A stretch of DNA of 64,000 nucleotides. Origin: an uncultured bacterium. Its GTDB lineage: Bacteria > Fidelibacterota > Marinisomatia > Marinisomatales > UBA1611. The notes below the pieces were generated by a model. The model did not search any database. It saw only the letters and a program-made list of their open reading frames with translations, and was not told the DNA's origin. Within the stretch, counting starts at the first letter, position 1; each line of letters opens with the position of its first letter. The position numbers and the translations under genes are program-made. Shown piece by piece: positions 39,102 to 49,142 of this stretch. The stretch covers positions 1 through 64,000 of the forward strand of contig CBFIBM010000003.1 of assembly GCA_965660855.1 (NCBI GenBank), read 5' to 3'.

Positions 39102-39606
39102 ACACTTAAAGTATTTTTTTTTAATATTTCTTACTGCATTTTCAGAAATCAACTCAAAAGATATTTGGTATGAGAAAAATTTAAAAGATTTAGAAGATAT
39201 TTCATTAGAACTGAATGTTGTAGGTATTAAGGATGATGTATGGGAATCAAGACTATATAATTTCTTAGAGTTGCGTATTTTAGAGCATGATATTGTGATA
39301 TTAAAAAATCAAATCCCCAAATTGGTTATTGATATTAATATCATTGATTCTAGGGTTGAAAAAACTTCATCTTTCTTTGTAGGACTTAGTTTATATAGTT
39401 ATAGTATCTCAGAAAAAATGTATTACAAGTCTATTGCAGATACTCTTATCACTAAGAAACTTATGACAAGTAAGTTTTTTTCAACTGAAATAATGGGGCA
39501 ATCTTCCTCAAATAATTTGTATAGAGATGTTGAAAAATCTATAAATAGATTAGTATCTAATTTTATTGATCAGTGGTACCAAGATAATCCTCTCAAACAA
39601 TTTTAA
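39097..39606 (+). CDS. Hypothetical exported protein, probable ATT start
   Basis: Frame is open 58 codons upstream of the track TTG 39271, giving signal-like IRHLKYFFLIFLTAFS; GAGGT 5 nt before ATT. Confidence 0.6.
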   Translation: MRHLKYFFLIFLTAFSEINSKDIWYEKNLKDLEDISLELNVVGIKDDVWESRLYNFLELRILEHDIVILKNQIPKLVIDINIIDSRVEKTSSFFVGLSLYSYSISEKMYYKSIADTLITKKLMTSKFFSTEIMGQSSSNNLYRDVEKSINRLVSNFIDQWYQDNPLKQF

Positions 39607-39695
39607 GTACTCCTAATAAATGTCTTTCTTTGAGATTGATTTATACCGATGTAATTTTAAGCGAAAGTCGAAAATTATCTTTATTTAGATTTATT

Positions 39696-40709
39696 ATGAT
39701 CCGAGCGTTTATTATATCAAATTTTTTGATTTTTTGTTTTGGGCAAGAAATCACAAAAACTGTTTCATATGATACAGGAAATAACCTCGCTGTTTTAAGG
39801 TTCGAAGGTTGGGGGATATCGGACCCGTTAACAAAGTATTTAACAGAAGAATTAAGAGAAACAATTAGAGATTTAGATATATTTCAAGTGCAAGATCGTG
39901 GCTTAACTAATGAAATCAAGATTTATTATCCACGGAAAAAAAATTATTGGGCATGTTGGAGCCAGGAGTGTGTTATTGATATTGGACAAAGGTTAAATGT
40001 CGAATTTATAATTGCCGGTAATATTCAAAAAAGAAATAATGATGAATTTCTAATTAATGGCCGTTTATTTTCGGTTGACATGGAAACATTAGTAAGCGAA
40101 TTCGCAATGAATAGTAGTGGGATAACAGATAGTTTACTATTAGAAATGAAAAAAATGGCTTACAATATAAGTGGGCTCCCTGTTCCCGATACCCTTTCGG
40201 TTGGCTCTGATACAACTTCGGTTATGCTAACTAATAATTTAGATAGAAAAAAAAATTGGTTCTCTCTTCCACCAATACCTAGTAAGATAAAAGCTTTGAT
40301 GATGTCAACGGCACTTCCAGGAAGTGGGCAAATATGGGCACAAAAAAAGATTCCTGGGTATGGATTTATGGGGACCGAAGCAACCCTTGGAACTGCCGCA
40401 TTGATATCCTATCTGCAATATCAAAAATCATGGGGAAATTTTGAAAAAACCTATAATTCATATCAAAATGAATCTGACCCACATAATTTGATTTCAATAA
40501 GACCAAAAGTTATACAATATGCTTCCGAAACACGCAGATATAATTCCTTCATGAAAAATATAAGGAGTATCGCTGCCTCTATCTGGGTTTTTAATATGGT
40601 GCATGCATATTTGGTTGCACCGAATGATGATTTTTTTGATGGGGAATATTTTTTTGATATTGAATACGAACCAAATATTAATCAATTACAATTCAATGTC
40701 AATTTTTAA
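39696..40709 (+). CDS. Exported protein with CsgG/TolB-N-like domain and C-terminal DUF5683-like region
   Basis: LAVLRFEG, QDR, C...C..DIGQRLNVEFIIAGNI; ALMMSTALPGSGQIW, WVFNMVHAY; ATG 39696 gives a signal peptide. Confidence 0.6.
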   Translation: MIRAFIISNFLIFCFGQEITKTVSYDTGNNLAVLRFEGWGISDPLTKYLTEELRETIRDLDIFQVQDRGLTNEIKIYYPRKKNYWACWSQECVIDIGQRLNVEFIIAGNIQKRNNDEFLINGRLFSVDMETLVSEFAMNSSGITDSLLLEMKKMAYNISGLPVPDTLSVGSDTTSVMLTNNLDRKKNWFSLPPIPSKIKALMMSTALPGSGQIWAQKKIPGYGFMGTEATLGTAALISYLQYQKSWGNFEKTYNSYQNESDPHNLISIRPKVIQYASETRRYNSFMKNIRSIAASIWVFNMVHAYLVAPNDDFFDGEYFFDIEYEPNINQLQFNVNF

Positions 40710-41244
40710 TAAATATAATTTTCTTTTTCATAAAATAATTGTTGTAATTACTATTTATTCATGCGAAGAAGCAGAATACTTATTAGATAATCTTTCTGAT
40801 CCAGAAAATATGGATTTAGTACCACCAGCATTATTTTTTCATCCACCTCAGGTTGATGTAAAACTAGATACTGTAGTTTCTATGCAGGTATATGGCCTTG
40901 GATTACTTCCTGCATCTGCAGCACATTTAAAAATAAAATATGATTGGGGAATGCTACATTATGATTCAACAATAGCAAACGAGTTTTTTACTGGGAATAA
41001 TAATCCAGTTGTAGTTGATATACCAGAACAAGGGTTATTGGACATCTATTTATATTATCTACCTGATTTACTATCTAATCAAAGTAATGGAGGGACATGG
41101 GCTTTAACAACATTATATTTTACCACATATGCTGAAGGTCAATCAGATTTAGAATTTGATACCGAAATTACAGTACTTAAAGATTTTAATAATAATCCTG
41201 TCCTTATTAATGAATTTGGAATTGGTAAGATAAACATTGATTAA
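40696..41244 (+). CDS. Lipoprotein with cohesin-like beta-sandwich
   Basis: ATG 40696, lipobox IYSC, DN..DP.N; strand pattern SAAHLKIKYD...L, GTWALTTLYF, GQSDLEF, G.G.I.I. Confidence 0.55.
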   Translation: MSIFNKYNFLFHKIIVVITIYSCEEAEYLLDNLSDPENMDLVPPALFFHPPQVDVKLDTVVSMQVYGLGLLPASAAHLKIKYDWGMLHYDSTIANEFFTGNNNPVVVDIPEQGLLDIYLYYLPDLLSNQSNGGTWALTTLYFTTYAEGQSDLEFDTEITVLKDFNNNPVLINEFGIGKINID

Positions 41245-44200
41245 AATCTTAATATATAGTATCTATTTAATCACTATGATAAATGGTCAACAAAATAATA
41301 GTTATAATTTTCAATCTTCAGGTTTGGATGAAGATTATGTTGTTATCTCATCAGATCCACAAAATCAAGCTACTGCAGGTATGACTCTTGAAGCATGGGT
41401 TTTTCCGAGTAGTGAACCTATTCTTGAGGATATGAGCAGTATTGTTTCTTATGCAACCTTTATTAATCCAGATACAGAATCAGGATATGGTTTTTTTTAT
41501 AAACCTATAACTGGTAAATGGCATTTTGTTGTAGTAGCAGCGAATGATAATAATGTTTTATCTCAAATTGACTCTTGGCCTGGAGTTGAAATTGAAGCAG
41601 ATACATGGACCCATATTGCAGGTACTTATGATGGTGCAATTGCAAGAATTTTTAAAAATGGTGTTGAAGAAGCAAATTATACTTCACCCGGTGGGGCAAT
41701 AGTCTGGGAAAATATTGATACAGAATTATTTATTGGAAAATATATTAATGATAACACCTCTTTTCATGGTTTTATTGATGAAGTGCGAATTTGGGAAATT
41801 GCAAGATTAGAATCAGAAATACAAAATTCTATAAATGAAGTAGTAAGTTCAGATCAATCAGGTTTGATTGGGTATTGGAATTTTAATGATAACCAATCAT
41901 TCACAATATCTAGCCAAGTTGAAGGTGGCACCCCTGGCCTATTAAATAATGCCGGAAATGGCGGTTGGGCTACAGATGTATTTGCAGGTGGCAGTGATGA
42001 ATGTTTTGATAAATTAATTACTATAGATGATTTTCCTCTACTTCATGACGTTATTGATTTTGAAGAGCTAGAGCAAAACAGATTATATAATTTGACTGAA
42101 CTTCCATTTGAAAATGCAGCAGCGGGAGGCCAAGACTATACATATAAACTAACTCTTTTAGATTCAGCAAATATATATTTTACTACATGTGATGCCCAAA
42201 CATATCTTGATGTTGAAATTGCAATATTATCTGAATGTGATATTAATTCAGCTACTTTGTATAATGATGATGCTTTTGGTCAAGCAACTTGGTATTATCC
42301 GGACCCTGCCAATAATATTAACTATAATTTTGGTTGTACTTCTGGAATTGTAGGTAATGAAGGGTATGCAAATATGATACCTTATTGGGAACTCCCCCCT
42401 GGAGATCATTATTTTGTTATTTGTAATCGAGGAGGTGCAGCTCCTACTACTGATGGAGATCCTTGGGAAATTACAAGTTCATTTGGTATAGCTTTAACAG
42501 TGGATTCATTGACTACTTCAGATGATTATTCAGAGATAAATTATCATTTTAGTGAGGGTGTCTATGGTGGGGACTACATAGATGTTTATAATGGAAATTT
42601 ATTGCCTGTAGATCCAAGTGATTATCAAATCAATATAAATCCGAATGAAGGCGCAGCTACAGATGCAACTATACAAAGTTTAACAAAGCTAGATGGTAGT
42701 ACCCTTCCTCCTGGAGATCAAAACATAAAGCTTAATATAGATTATAACGCAAATCCAAGCGGTGTTGAAGAGGTAACGGTTGGTCCTTTTAATGAATCTT
42801 CTATTTTCAATAGCGTTGGTATACCTCTTCTAGATTTAGCTGGGATTACAATTCAACTAATTGATGCATTAAGTCCTACTATTAACCTAATTATACCTCA
42901 AGATGCTCAAGAAGGAGTAGAACAAAATTCTAATATTACAATTACATTTACTGAAGTTGTCAGGGCATCTGATAATACCAATATATCAGATGAGAATTCT
43001 TCTTCATGTTTTAAACTTATCAACACAGAGAATAATGATGAACTACCTTTTTTAATTACAACCTCTGATAATATAACATTTATACTAAACCCTTTAGAAA
43101 ATTTTCCTGAATACACATATATCCGATTAGAAGTTCTTTCTGGAATTGAGGATTTAAATGACAATTCATTCGTTAATAAATCTATTCAATTTAGAACCGA
43201 GGATGTTTCTCCGCCTCTATTCCAAAATGAAAGCTCTATTGCTCTGACCAATGAATTTGTTACAATAAGTTTTACTGAAGGTGTTTATGCGACTAATTCA
43301 GGTACAGGTGCATTAGAGGTTGCAGATTTAGCGTTAACGTATAATATGGGTGAGAATGGTGATTGCTCCGGTGTTACATTAACAGGCTTAAGGAATAATA
43401 GTGGGAATATTTTAACTGGAGGAGAATCAGTTATTCGTGTTTTAATTAATCCAAATTCTGCTCCCAATGGACAGGAAACACTGTTTTTTTCTGCATTTAA
43501 TAATAATTCAATATTTGACTTAGCTGGCAATGCTCTTTTAACAGGGAACTCTCCTGAGGTTTCACTCAATGTCTCTGCAAAGATTAATAACATAAGCCTT
43601 CCTGATAGTAATGAGTATGCAGATATACAGTTTTCTGTAGGAGTATATGGAAACTCCGATTTGACAATACCTTTAAATATCTCTTCATTAAATTTTGATT
43701 TTATTCAAAATGAAGAGGATGGCGGGAATGCATCAACTGTTGTAATTAATTACTTGAAAAATACTGAAAATGAAAATTTATCTGGTGGTGAAAGTATAAT
43801 TCGAGTTTATATGTCACTGGATACATTACCATCTGGCGTTGAAAATATTATTGTTTATCCAAATTCGAATAACAGCATATATAGTTTTTCTGGAGTACCA
43901 ATGCCTGTTGGGGAAAATGACACAGTAACTTTGAAAGATCAATTACCTTTAACAAGTATACAAAATATCCAAGATGGAGAGATTAATATTAATCAAAACG
44001 AGTCGATATCAATTCAATTTGATGATGCTGTATGGTTACCCGGGCCTCCAGCAAAAAAAGCAACAAAAGAAGATTTGGATGATTTTTTCGTGCTACAAAA
44101 CCAAACGAATAACATGGACTATATAATAGGTATAGACTATGTTACAGTTCTTGATACAATTAACAATATTTATTCGATTTATCCTTTAGAACCATTTTCT

Positions 44201-45820
44201 AGCGAGGATTCAATATCGTATTCATTTACTGGAACAGTCCAGGATATTTCAGGTAATCAAATTGAATTAAATTATTTCGCTACTTTTGTTATCCAAGATT
44301 ATTTACCACCTCAAATAAATGCAAATACATTAGCACCGGATAATACTTATTGGGATTTATACTTTGATGACGGTTTGTTCAGTGATTTTAATGCTTTAAA
44401 CCCTATAACACCCCAAAATTTTGATATTTCAATTATCCCCAATGATAGTGATGTTGATTCGATAGCTATAACGAGTGTAACTAAAATAGATGGAAATTTT
44501 TTAAGTGGAGGAGAAAGTATTCTTCGCTTAAATCTTGCATACAATAGTACTCCTTCTGGAAATGAATTTATCAATTTGAATCTGAGCCAAAGTGGCCAAA
44601 TTTTTGATGAATCTGGGAATCAAATGGAACCAAATTCCTTTGTTGCAAAAGATACTTTATATGATATTCTTCCGCCAAGTATAACTAGTGTTACTTTAGA
44701 AACATCAATTGATTCTTTATTAGTTTTATTTAAAGAGAGAACACTTCAATATAACTTTAATGAAAAAATTAAATCTTTAAGTTATTCTGTTACTTCAAAT
44801 CATATTGATTCTCTAAATGTTATATCTAATATCTCTGACAGTTCTATTAGCTTAACTTTACAGCCACCATTTGCTAGTTTTGATTCTATTACAGTTAATT
44901 TTGATGAAATTAAAGATTCGAGTGATTTGACTACTGTTGATATTGCATATACATATTTAACACCGATGCTTGGTGATTATAATTTAGATACTTCAATAAA
45001 CTATCTAGATTTACTGGATTTAGTTGATAATTGGAAAATTCCTAATTTAGAATATGAATTAGGACCATTTGTTGGGGAGGCTCCTCATTTTATTTCTAAT
45101 CCGGATAGTAAGTTTGATATTGAAGATGGAATGGCATTTATGAAAATGTGGTCATGGTATCAAAAAACATATGGTGAGATAGTTGATGATATTGAGCAAC
45201 TAGGTGAACTACCTCGGATTTATTTTGAGAAGAATAATTTAATTTTTGTACTTGAGGAAGATATTTCAGCAGGCCAATTTCAATTTAACTATGCTATATC
45301 TCAGTTTCCACCTCTTACAGTTCAAAATAAAAGCTCTAATGAGAACGATTTATTCTTGACTAGTCATTCAAGTGAGAGAGGGTTTTCAATAGTCGAGTTT
45401 GCCAGGGAGGAGAGTGATGTTAAACCAGATACAATTAAAATTTTAATTGATAGCAATAATAAATTAAACTTGTTTTATACTTTAACTAATTCAAAAAAAG
45501 TAATAATACAAAAGGGATCTACAGAGCTTGATTTTACTCAATTACCTAATAATCTCGCATTAGACCCCGCTTTCCCAAATCCATTTAATCCATTGACAAC
45601 TCTATATTTTGACATTCCAGGAACAGCGAAGTCAAGCCCTGTTCTTATTGAGATATATGATATAAAAGGAAGAAGTGTTGAAACCCTTATTGAAGGTTAT
45701 ACCTCGCCAGGTAGGCATAATATAAAATGGAATGCTACGCAGTTTTCATCAGGAATCTATTTTGTGAAATTGAGCTATGATAATCATAGTAGAACTCAAA
45801 AAGTAATATTGTTAAAATAA
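41237..45820 (+). CDS. Large secreted protein: LamG-like domain, Ig-like repeats, dockerin-like motif, T9SS-type C-terminal domain
   Basis: TLEAWV, WTHIAGTYDG, FHGFIDEVRIW, GYWNFND; ITITFTE and IEDLNDN Ig-like motifs; FPNPFNP...SSGIYF. Confidence 0.85.
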   Translation: MIKILIYSIYLITMINGQQNNSYNFQSSGLDEDYVVISSDPQNQATAGMTLEAWVFPSSEPILEDMSSIVSYATFINPDTESGYGFFYKPITGKWHFVVVAANDNNVLSQIDSWPGVEIEADTWTHIAGTYDGAIARIFKNGVEEANYTSPGGAIVWENIDTELFIGKYINDNTSFHGFIDEVRIWEIARLESEIQNSINEVVSSDQSGLIGYWNFNDNQSFTISSQVEGGTPGLLNNAGNGGWATDVFAGGSDECFDKLITIDDFPLLHDVIDFEELEQNRLYNLTELPFENAAAGGQDYTYKLTLLDSANIYFTTCDAQTYLDVEIAILSECDINSATLYNDDAFGQATWYYPDPANNINYNFGCTSGIVGNEGYANMIPYWELPPGDHYFVICNRGGAAPTTDGDPWEITSSFGIALTVDSLTTSDDYSEINYHFSEGVYGGDYIDVYNGNLLPVDPSDYQININPNEGAATDATIQSLTKLDGSTLPPGDQNIKLNIDYNANPSGVEEVTVGPFNESSIFNSVGIPLLDLAGITIQLIDALSPTINLIIPQDAQEGVEQNSNITITFTEVVRASDNTNISDENSSSCFKLINTENNDELPFLITTSDNITFILNPLENFPEYTYIRLEVLSGIEDLNDNSFVNKSIQFRTEDVSPPLFQNESSIALTNEFVTISFTEGVYATNSGTGALEVADLALTYNMGENGDCSGVTLTGLRNNSGNILTGGESVIRVLINPNSAPNGQETLFFSAFNNNSIFDLAGNALLTGNSPEVSLNVSAKINNISLPDSNEYADIQFSVGVYGNSDLTIPLNISSLNFDFIQNEEDGGNASTVVINYLKNTENENLSGGESIIRVYMSLDTLPSGVENIIVYPNSNNSIYSFSGVPMPVGENDTVTLKDQLPLTSIQNIQDGEININQNESISIQFDDAVWLPGPPAKKATKEDLDDFFVLQNQTNNMDYIIGIDYVTVLDTINNIYSIYPLEPFSSEDSISYSFTGTVQDISGNQIELNYFATFVIQDYLPPQINANTLAPDNTYWDLYFDDGLFSDFNALNPITPQNFDISIIPNDSDVDSIAITSVTKIDGNFLSGGESILRLNLAYNSTPSGNEFINLNLSQSGQIFDESGNQMEPNSFVAKDTLYDILPPSITSVTLETSIDSLLVLFKERTLQYNFNEKIKSLSYSVTSNHIDSLNVISNISDSSISLTLQPPFASFDSITVNFDEIKDSSDLTTVDIAYTYLTPMLGDYNLDTSINYLDLLDLVDNWKIPNLEYELGPFVGEAPHFISNPDSKFDIEDGMAFMKMWSWYQKTYGEIVDDIEQLGELPRIYFEKNNLIFVLEEDISAGQFQFNYAISQFPPLTVQNKSSNENDLFLTSHSSERGFSIVEFAREESDVKPDTIKILIDSNNKLNLFYTLTNSKKVIIQKGSTELDFTQLPNNLALDPAFPNPFNPLTTLYFDIPGTAKSSPVLIEIYDIKGRSVETLIEGYTSPGRHNIKWNATQFSSGIYFVKLSYDNHSRTQKVILLK

Positions 45821-45827
45821 TAACAAT

Positions 45828-46520
45828 ATGAGCCCAATTATAGAAATTACTCCATTTTCAAATATCTGGTTTTCTGGTCTGGTTGTGGTTTTTTTTGTGA
45901 GTTTATTAATTATTCAAATTGCAATTCGAATCCCTCCAGACACTAGGAGAATACTCTCCATTATACTAGGGATAGTTCTAATCTCAAGAGAGTTTTGGAA
46001 AAATTGGTATATATTTCAGTTAGGAATATGGGAGTTGAAGACAGCCTTACCATTACATCTTTGCGGAATTTCAGCTATACTTGCTGGAGCTATGTTATTT
46101 AAAACCTATCAAAAAGGGTTTGAGTTTTTAGCGCTTATTAGTTTTTCAGGAGCGTTACATGCGCTGCTTACTCCTCAATTAAACCATGGAGCTTCATTGC
46201 CTCAATTAATTGAATACTATATCGGGCATGGAGGCGTACTGCTAGTACCCATTTATCTTGCTATTGTTGATGGCTGTAGAATTAAAAAAGGTTCTTGGAA
46301 AAATGTTTTTATCCATTGCCAAATACTACTTTTATTTATAGGGCTAATCAATTTCATATTAGACGCTAATTATATGTATTTGTGTTCACCACCAATCGTA
46401 AATAACCCTTTGATTATTGGTTTATGGCCATGGTATTTGTTTGGACTTGAATTTTTTGGATTAGCGCATATTTTACTGTTCTATTATCTTTTTAGAAAAC
46501 TTAAACCATTACCTTACTAG
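45828..46520 (+). CDS. YwaF/TIGR02206-like integral membrane protein
   Basis: LPLHLC, ALLTP, YYIGH, NYMYL...P, WPWY. Confidence 0.85.
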   Translation: MSPIIEITPFSNIWFSGLVVVFFVSLLIIQIAIRIPPDTRRILSIILGIVLISREFWKNWYIFQLGIWELKTALPLHLCGISAILAGAMLFKTYQKGFEFLALISFSGALHALLTPQLNHGASLPQLIEYYIGHGGVLLVPIYLAIVDGCRIKKGSWKNVFIHCQILLLFIGLINFILDANYMYLCSPPIVNNPLIIGLWPWYLFGLEFFGLAHILLFYYLFRKLKPLPY

Positions 46521-46539
46521 TATAAAGCCAATAGGAATT

Positions 46540-47676
46540 ATGATTCAAGATAACTTTTTATTTGATGATGATATAACTTTTTTAAATCATGGCTCATTTG
46601 GTGCCTGTCCTAAACCTGTATTTGAAAATTATCAAGAATGGCAATTGAAACTAGAAAAACAACCCGTAGAGTTTTTAACTAAAGATCTTTATATAGGGTT
46701 AAAAGAATCAAGACAATCAATTGCAGAATTTATAGGTTGTAATCAAGATGAGGTGATTTTTTTTCAAAATCCTACGAGTGCGGTTACCAATATAATTTAT
46801 AATCTTGATCTTAATATTGGAGATGAAGTATTAATGTCAGATCATGAATATGGAGCATTAATTAGAGCTTGGTCAGAGTGGGGTAAGAAAAATAAAATTA
46901 ATATAGTGCAACATGAAATTTCATTACCAATAGTATCTAAAGAGAAATTTGTGAGTGATTTTTTAAAAAGTATAACAGATAAAACAAAAGTATTATTTAT
47001 ATCTCAAATCACAAGTGCAACTGGATTAATTCTTCCTATACAGGACATAATAGACTTTGCTAGGAAGAGGAAAATTATTACAATCGTTGATGGTGCTCAT
47101 TGTCCTGGTCATATTCAATTTAATGTACAAAGTTTAGGTTGCGATTTTTATACAGGGGCAATACATAAATGGTTATGTGGTCCAAAAGGGACATCGTTTC
47201 TTTATGTAAAAAAAGAAAAACAAAGCTCGATGAATCCTGTTATTTATAGTTGGGGGGAAGATGGTGATGATCCTGAAAAATCTAGATTTTTAAAAGATTT
47301 TCAATGGCAAGGAACTAGGGATATGTCAGCATTTTTAACAATTCCATTTACAATTGATTATTTCAATAAAAATATTTTACCTAATCAAGATGCTTGTCGT
47401 AAACTTAATTGTTACACTTTTATGAATTTTAAAGAAATCTTCAGTACCAAATCAATTATTGGAGATAAACGATGGATTGGACAAATGATTTCTTACCCAT
47501 TACCAAAAGAAACTAATGAAAATATCAAATCAATTTTATTAATGGATTATAGAATCGAAATTCCTATTTTTAAATGGAAAAACCAGACTTTTATAAGAAG
47601 TTCAATCCATGTATACAATGAAAAAAAAGATATCGATTATCTAATGGGTGCTTTGAAAGCTATATGTCATACTTAG
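46540..47676 (+). CDS. Class V PLP enzyme (isopenicillin N epimerase / C-S lyase-like)
   Basis: FLNHGSFGACP, HEYGA, ITS.TG, VDGAH, HKWLCGPKG, GTRD. Confidence 0.85.
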   Translation: MIQDNFLFDDDITFLNHGSFGACPKPVFENYQEWQLKLEKQPVEFLTKDLYIGLKESRQSIAEFIGCNQDEVIFFQNPTSAVTNIIYNLDLNIGDEVLMSDHEYGALIRAWSEWGKKNKINIVQHEISLPIVSKEKFVSDFLKSITDKTKVLFISQITSATGLILPIQDIIDFARKRKIITIVDGAHCPGHIQFNVQSLGCDFYTGAIHKWLCGPKGTSFLYVKKEKQSSMNPVIYSWGEDGDDPEKSRFLKDFQWQGTRDMSAFLTIPFTIDYFNKNILPNQDACRKLNCYTFMNFKEIFSTKSIIGDKRWIGQMISYPLPKETNENIKSILLMDYRIEIPIFKWKNQTFIRSSIHVYNEKKDIDYLMGALKAICHT

Positions 47677-48311
47677 GTTTTAAAACACTTTCTTTTATGA
47701 AGTTTCTAATAATCCTACAAATTTTTATTTCACTAGGTTTTGCTCAAAGAATTCAACTCTTCACTAAAACGGATGATATCTTTACCTCTTCAAATCGTTT
47801 TTCTATTAAAAATAGGAAAGTAGTTTTTTGGGAAGACGAATTAGTTCTGATGACGGTTCCAATAAAAAATCTTGTAGAAGTACGTTATGTAGAAAAATCA
47901 TATTCTTATATTGGGACTCCATGTGTTTATTTAGGTTCAATATCTCTTTCAGCAGCAGCAGCAGCAGCAGTAGCAGGTCATCTTGAAGCCCTTGATCTTA
48001 AGCAAGAACAATTGATAGGGGTTGTGGGCGGAGGTGTCGTTCTATACTATTTTGGAAAGCTTCTAAGGTTATTGGGTGGTCGCTTTGGGAATGATATTGT
48101 TTATGAAGATTTTGACCGGTTAGATCGCTCTACAAAAAAATTGATTTTAGAGTCTATTAGTTTAGATATGCAAAAAAAAGAAAAGCAAAGTCAGTTTATG
48201 TATGGTCCTGAAGGAAAGAAAAAAGAATTGAAATTTTCTTGGCAAGGTAAAAAGCCTTGGAAGAAAAAATACAAACCAAAAAGAAAAATTATTCGATTTT
48301 CTTTTTTTTAA
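47664..48311 (+). CDS. Hypothetical membrane protein (start may be ATG 47697)
   Basis: Signal-like N-terminus, two hydrophobic segments, basic C-terminus. Confidence 0.6.
   Translation: MSYLGFKTLSFMKFLIILQIFISLGFAQRIQLFTKTDDIFTSSNRFSIKNRKVVFWEDELVLMTVPIKNLVEVRYVEKSYSYIGTPCVYLGSISLSAAAAAAVAGHLEALDLKQEQLIGVVGGGVVLYYFGKLLRLLGGRFGNDIVYEDFDRLDRSTKKLILESISLDMQKKEKQSQFMYGPEGKKKELKFSWQGKKPWKKKYKPKRKIIRFSFF
47950..47970 (+). repeat. (CAG)7 trinucleotide repeat encoding poly-Ala
   Basis: CAGCAGCAGCAGCAGCAGCAG read directly. Confidence 0.9.
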
Positions 48312-48323
48312 ATTTCGTTTAGA

Positions 48324-49142
48324 ATGCAATGTATATTATCTGCGTTAAAAGCAGAATCCGCACCTCTTATTGATTATTTTAAGTTAGAAAAAGATACAAA
48401 TTTTTCATTCCCTCTTTATCAAAATAAAAATTTATTTTTATTAATAATAGGTATTGGTAAGGAAAAGATTGAACAAAGGATTTCTGCATTCCATAAACAT
48501 TATAAATTAAAAAATTTACAATACTTTAATATAGGAATTTCTGGAGGTAATCCTGAAAATTCAAAGAAGGGACAAATCTATATAATTAATAAAATTATGG
48601 ATGATCAAACAGGGCAGTTCTTTTTTCCTGATAATTTGATTGATAATAAAATAGAAGAAAATTCTATTATAACTGTAGATAAAAGTATAACTAATAAAGG
48701 GGGAAATTATAAAAATCTGGTTGATATGGAAGCTTCTGAGGTTTTTAAATCCTGTATAAAAAAGGTTCCAACTCATCAAATCTCATTCCTTAAAATTGTA
48801 TCAGATTATATGGGTGAGGACACCTTCTTATTGAACAACAAAATAATAAAACAGTTAATTAAAAATCATATAAATACAATTGAATTATATTTATCCAATA
48901 GTAAAAAAATTCAAAAAACAATTAAACCTATATTATCAATTGCTGATCTAGAATGGATTGAGAATTTCAGATTCAAATTAAATTTGACAGAAACTCAATA
49001 TTTTAAACTAATATCTCTTTGTAAAGGATATCGCCTAAAAAACCCACTACTTAAATTTGAAAATAACATTTTAAAAAAACCTATTTCTAAGCAAGACAGA
49101 AATCAAATATTTAGATATGCGTGTGAATTTCTTAAAGCCTAA
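48324..49142 (+). CDS. Nucleoside phosphorylase/MTA-SAH nucleosidase-like protein next to SPL-like gene
   Basis: AL..E, GIG, NIGISG, ITVD, VDMEAS, KIVSD. Confidence 0.7.
   Translation: MQCILSALKAESAPLIDYFKLEKDTNFSFPLYQNKNLFLLIIGIGKEKIEQRISAFHKHYKLKNLQYFNIGISGGNPENSKKGQIYIINKIMDDQTGQFFFPDNLIDNKIEENSIITVDKSITNKGGNYKNLVDMEASEVFKSCIKKVPTHQISFLKIVSDYMGEDTFLLNNKIIKQLIKNHINTIELYLSNSKKIQKTIKPILSIADLEWIENFRFKLNLTETQYFKLISLCKGYRLKNPLLKFENNILKKPISKQDRNQIFRYACEFLKA

Noticed and set aside
46540..47676. Beta-lactam or ergothioneine biosynthesis from the IPN-epimerase-like gene
   Set aside because: No partner genes (pcbAB/pcbC, egtB/egtD) in the window; the family is broad
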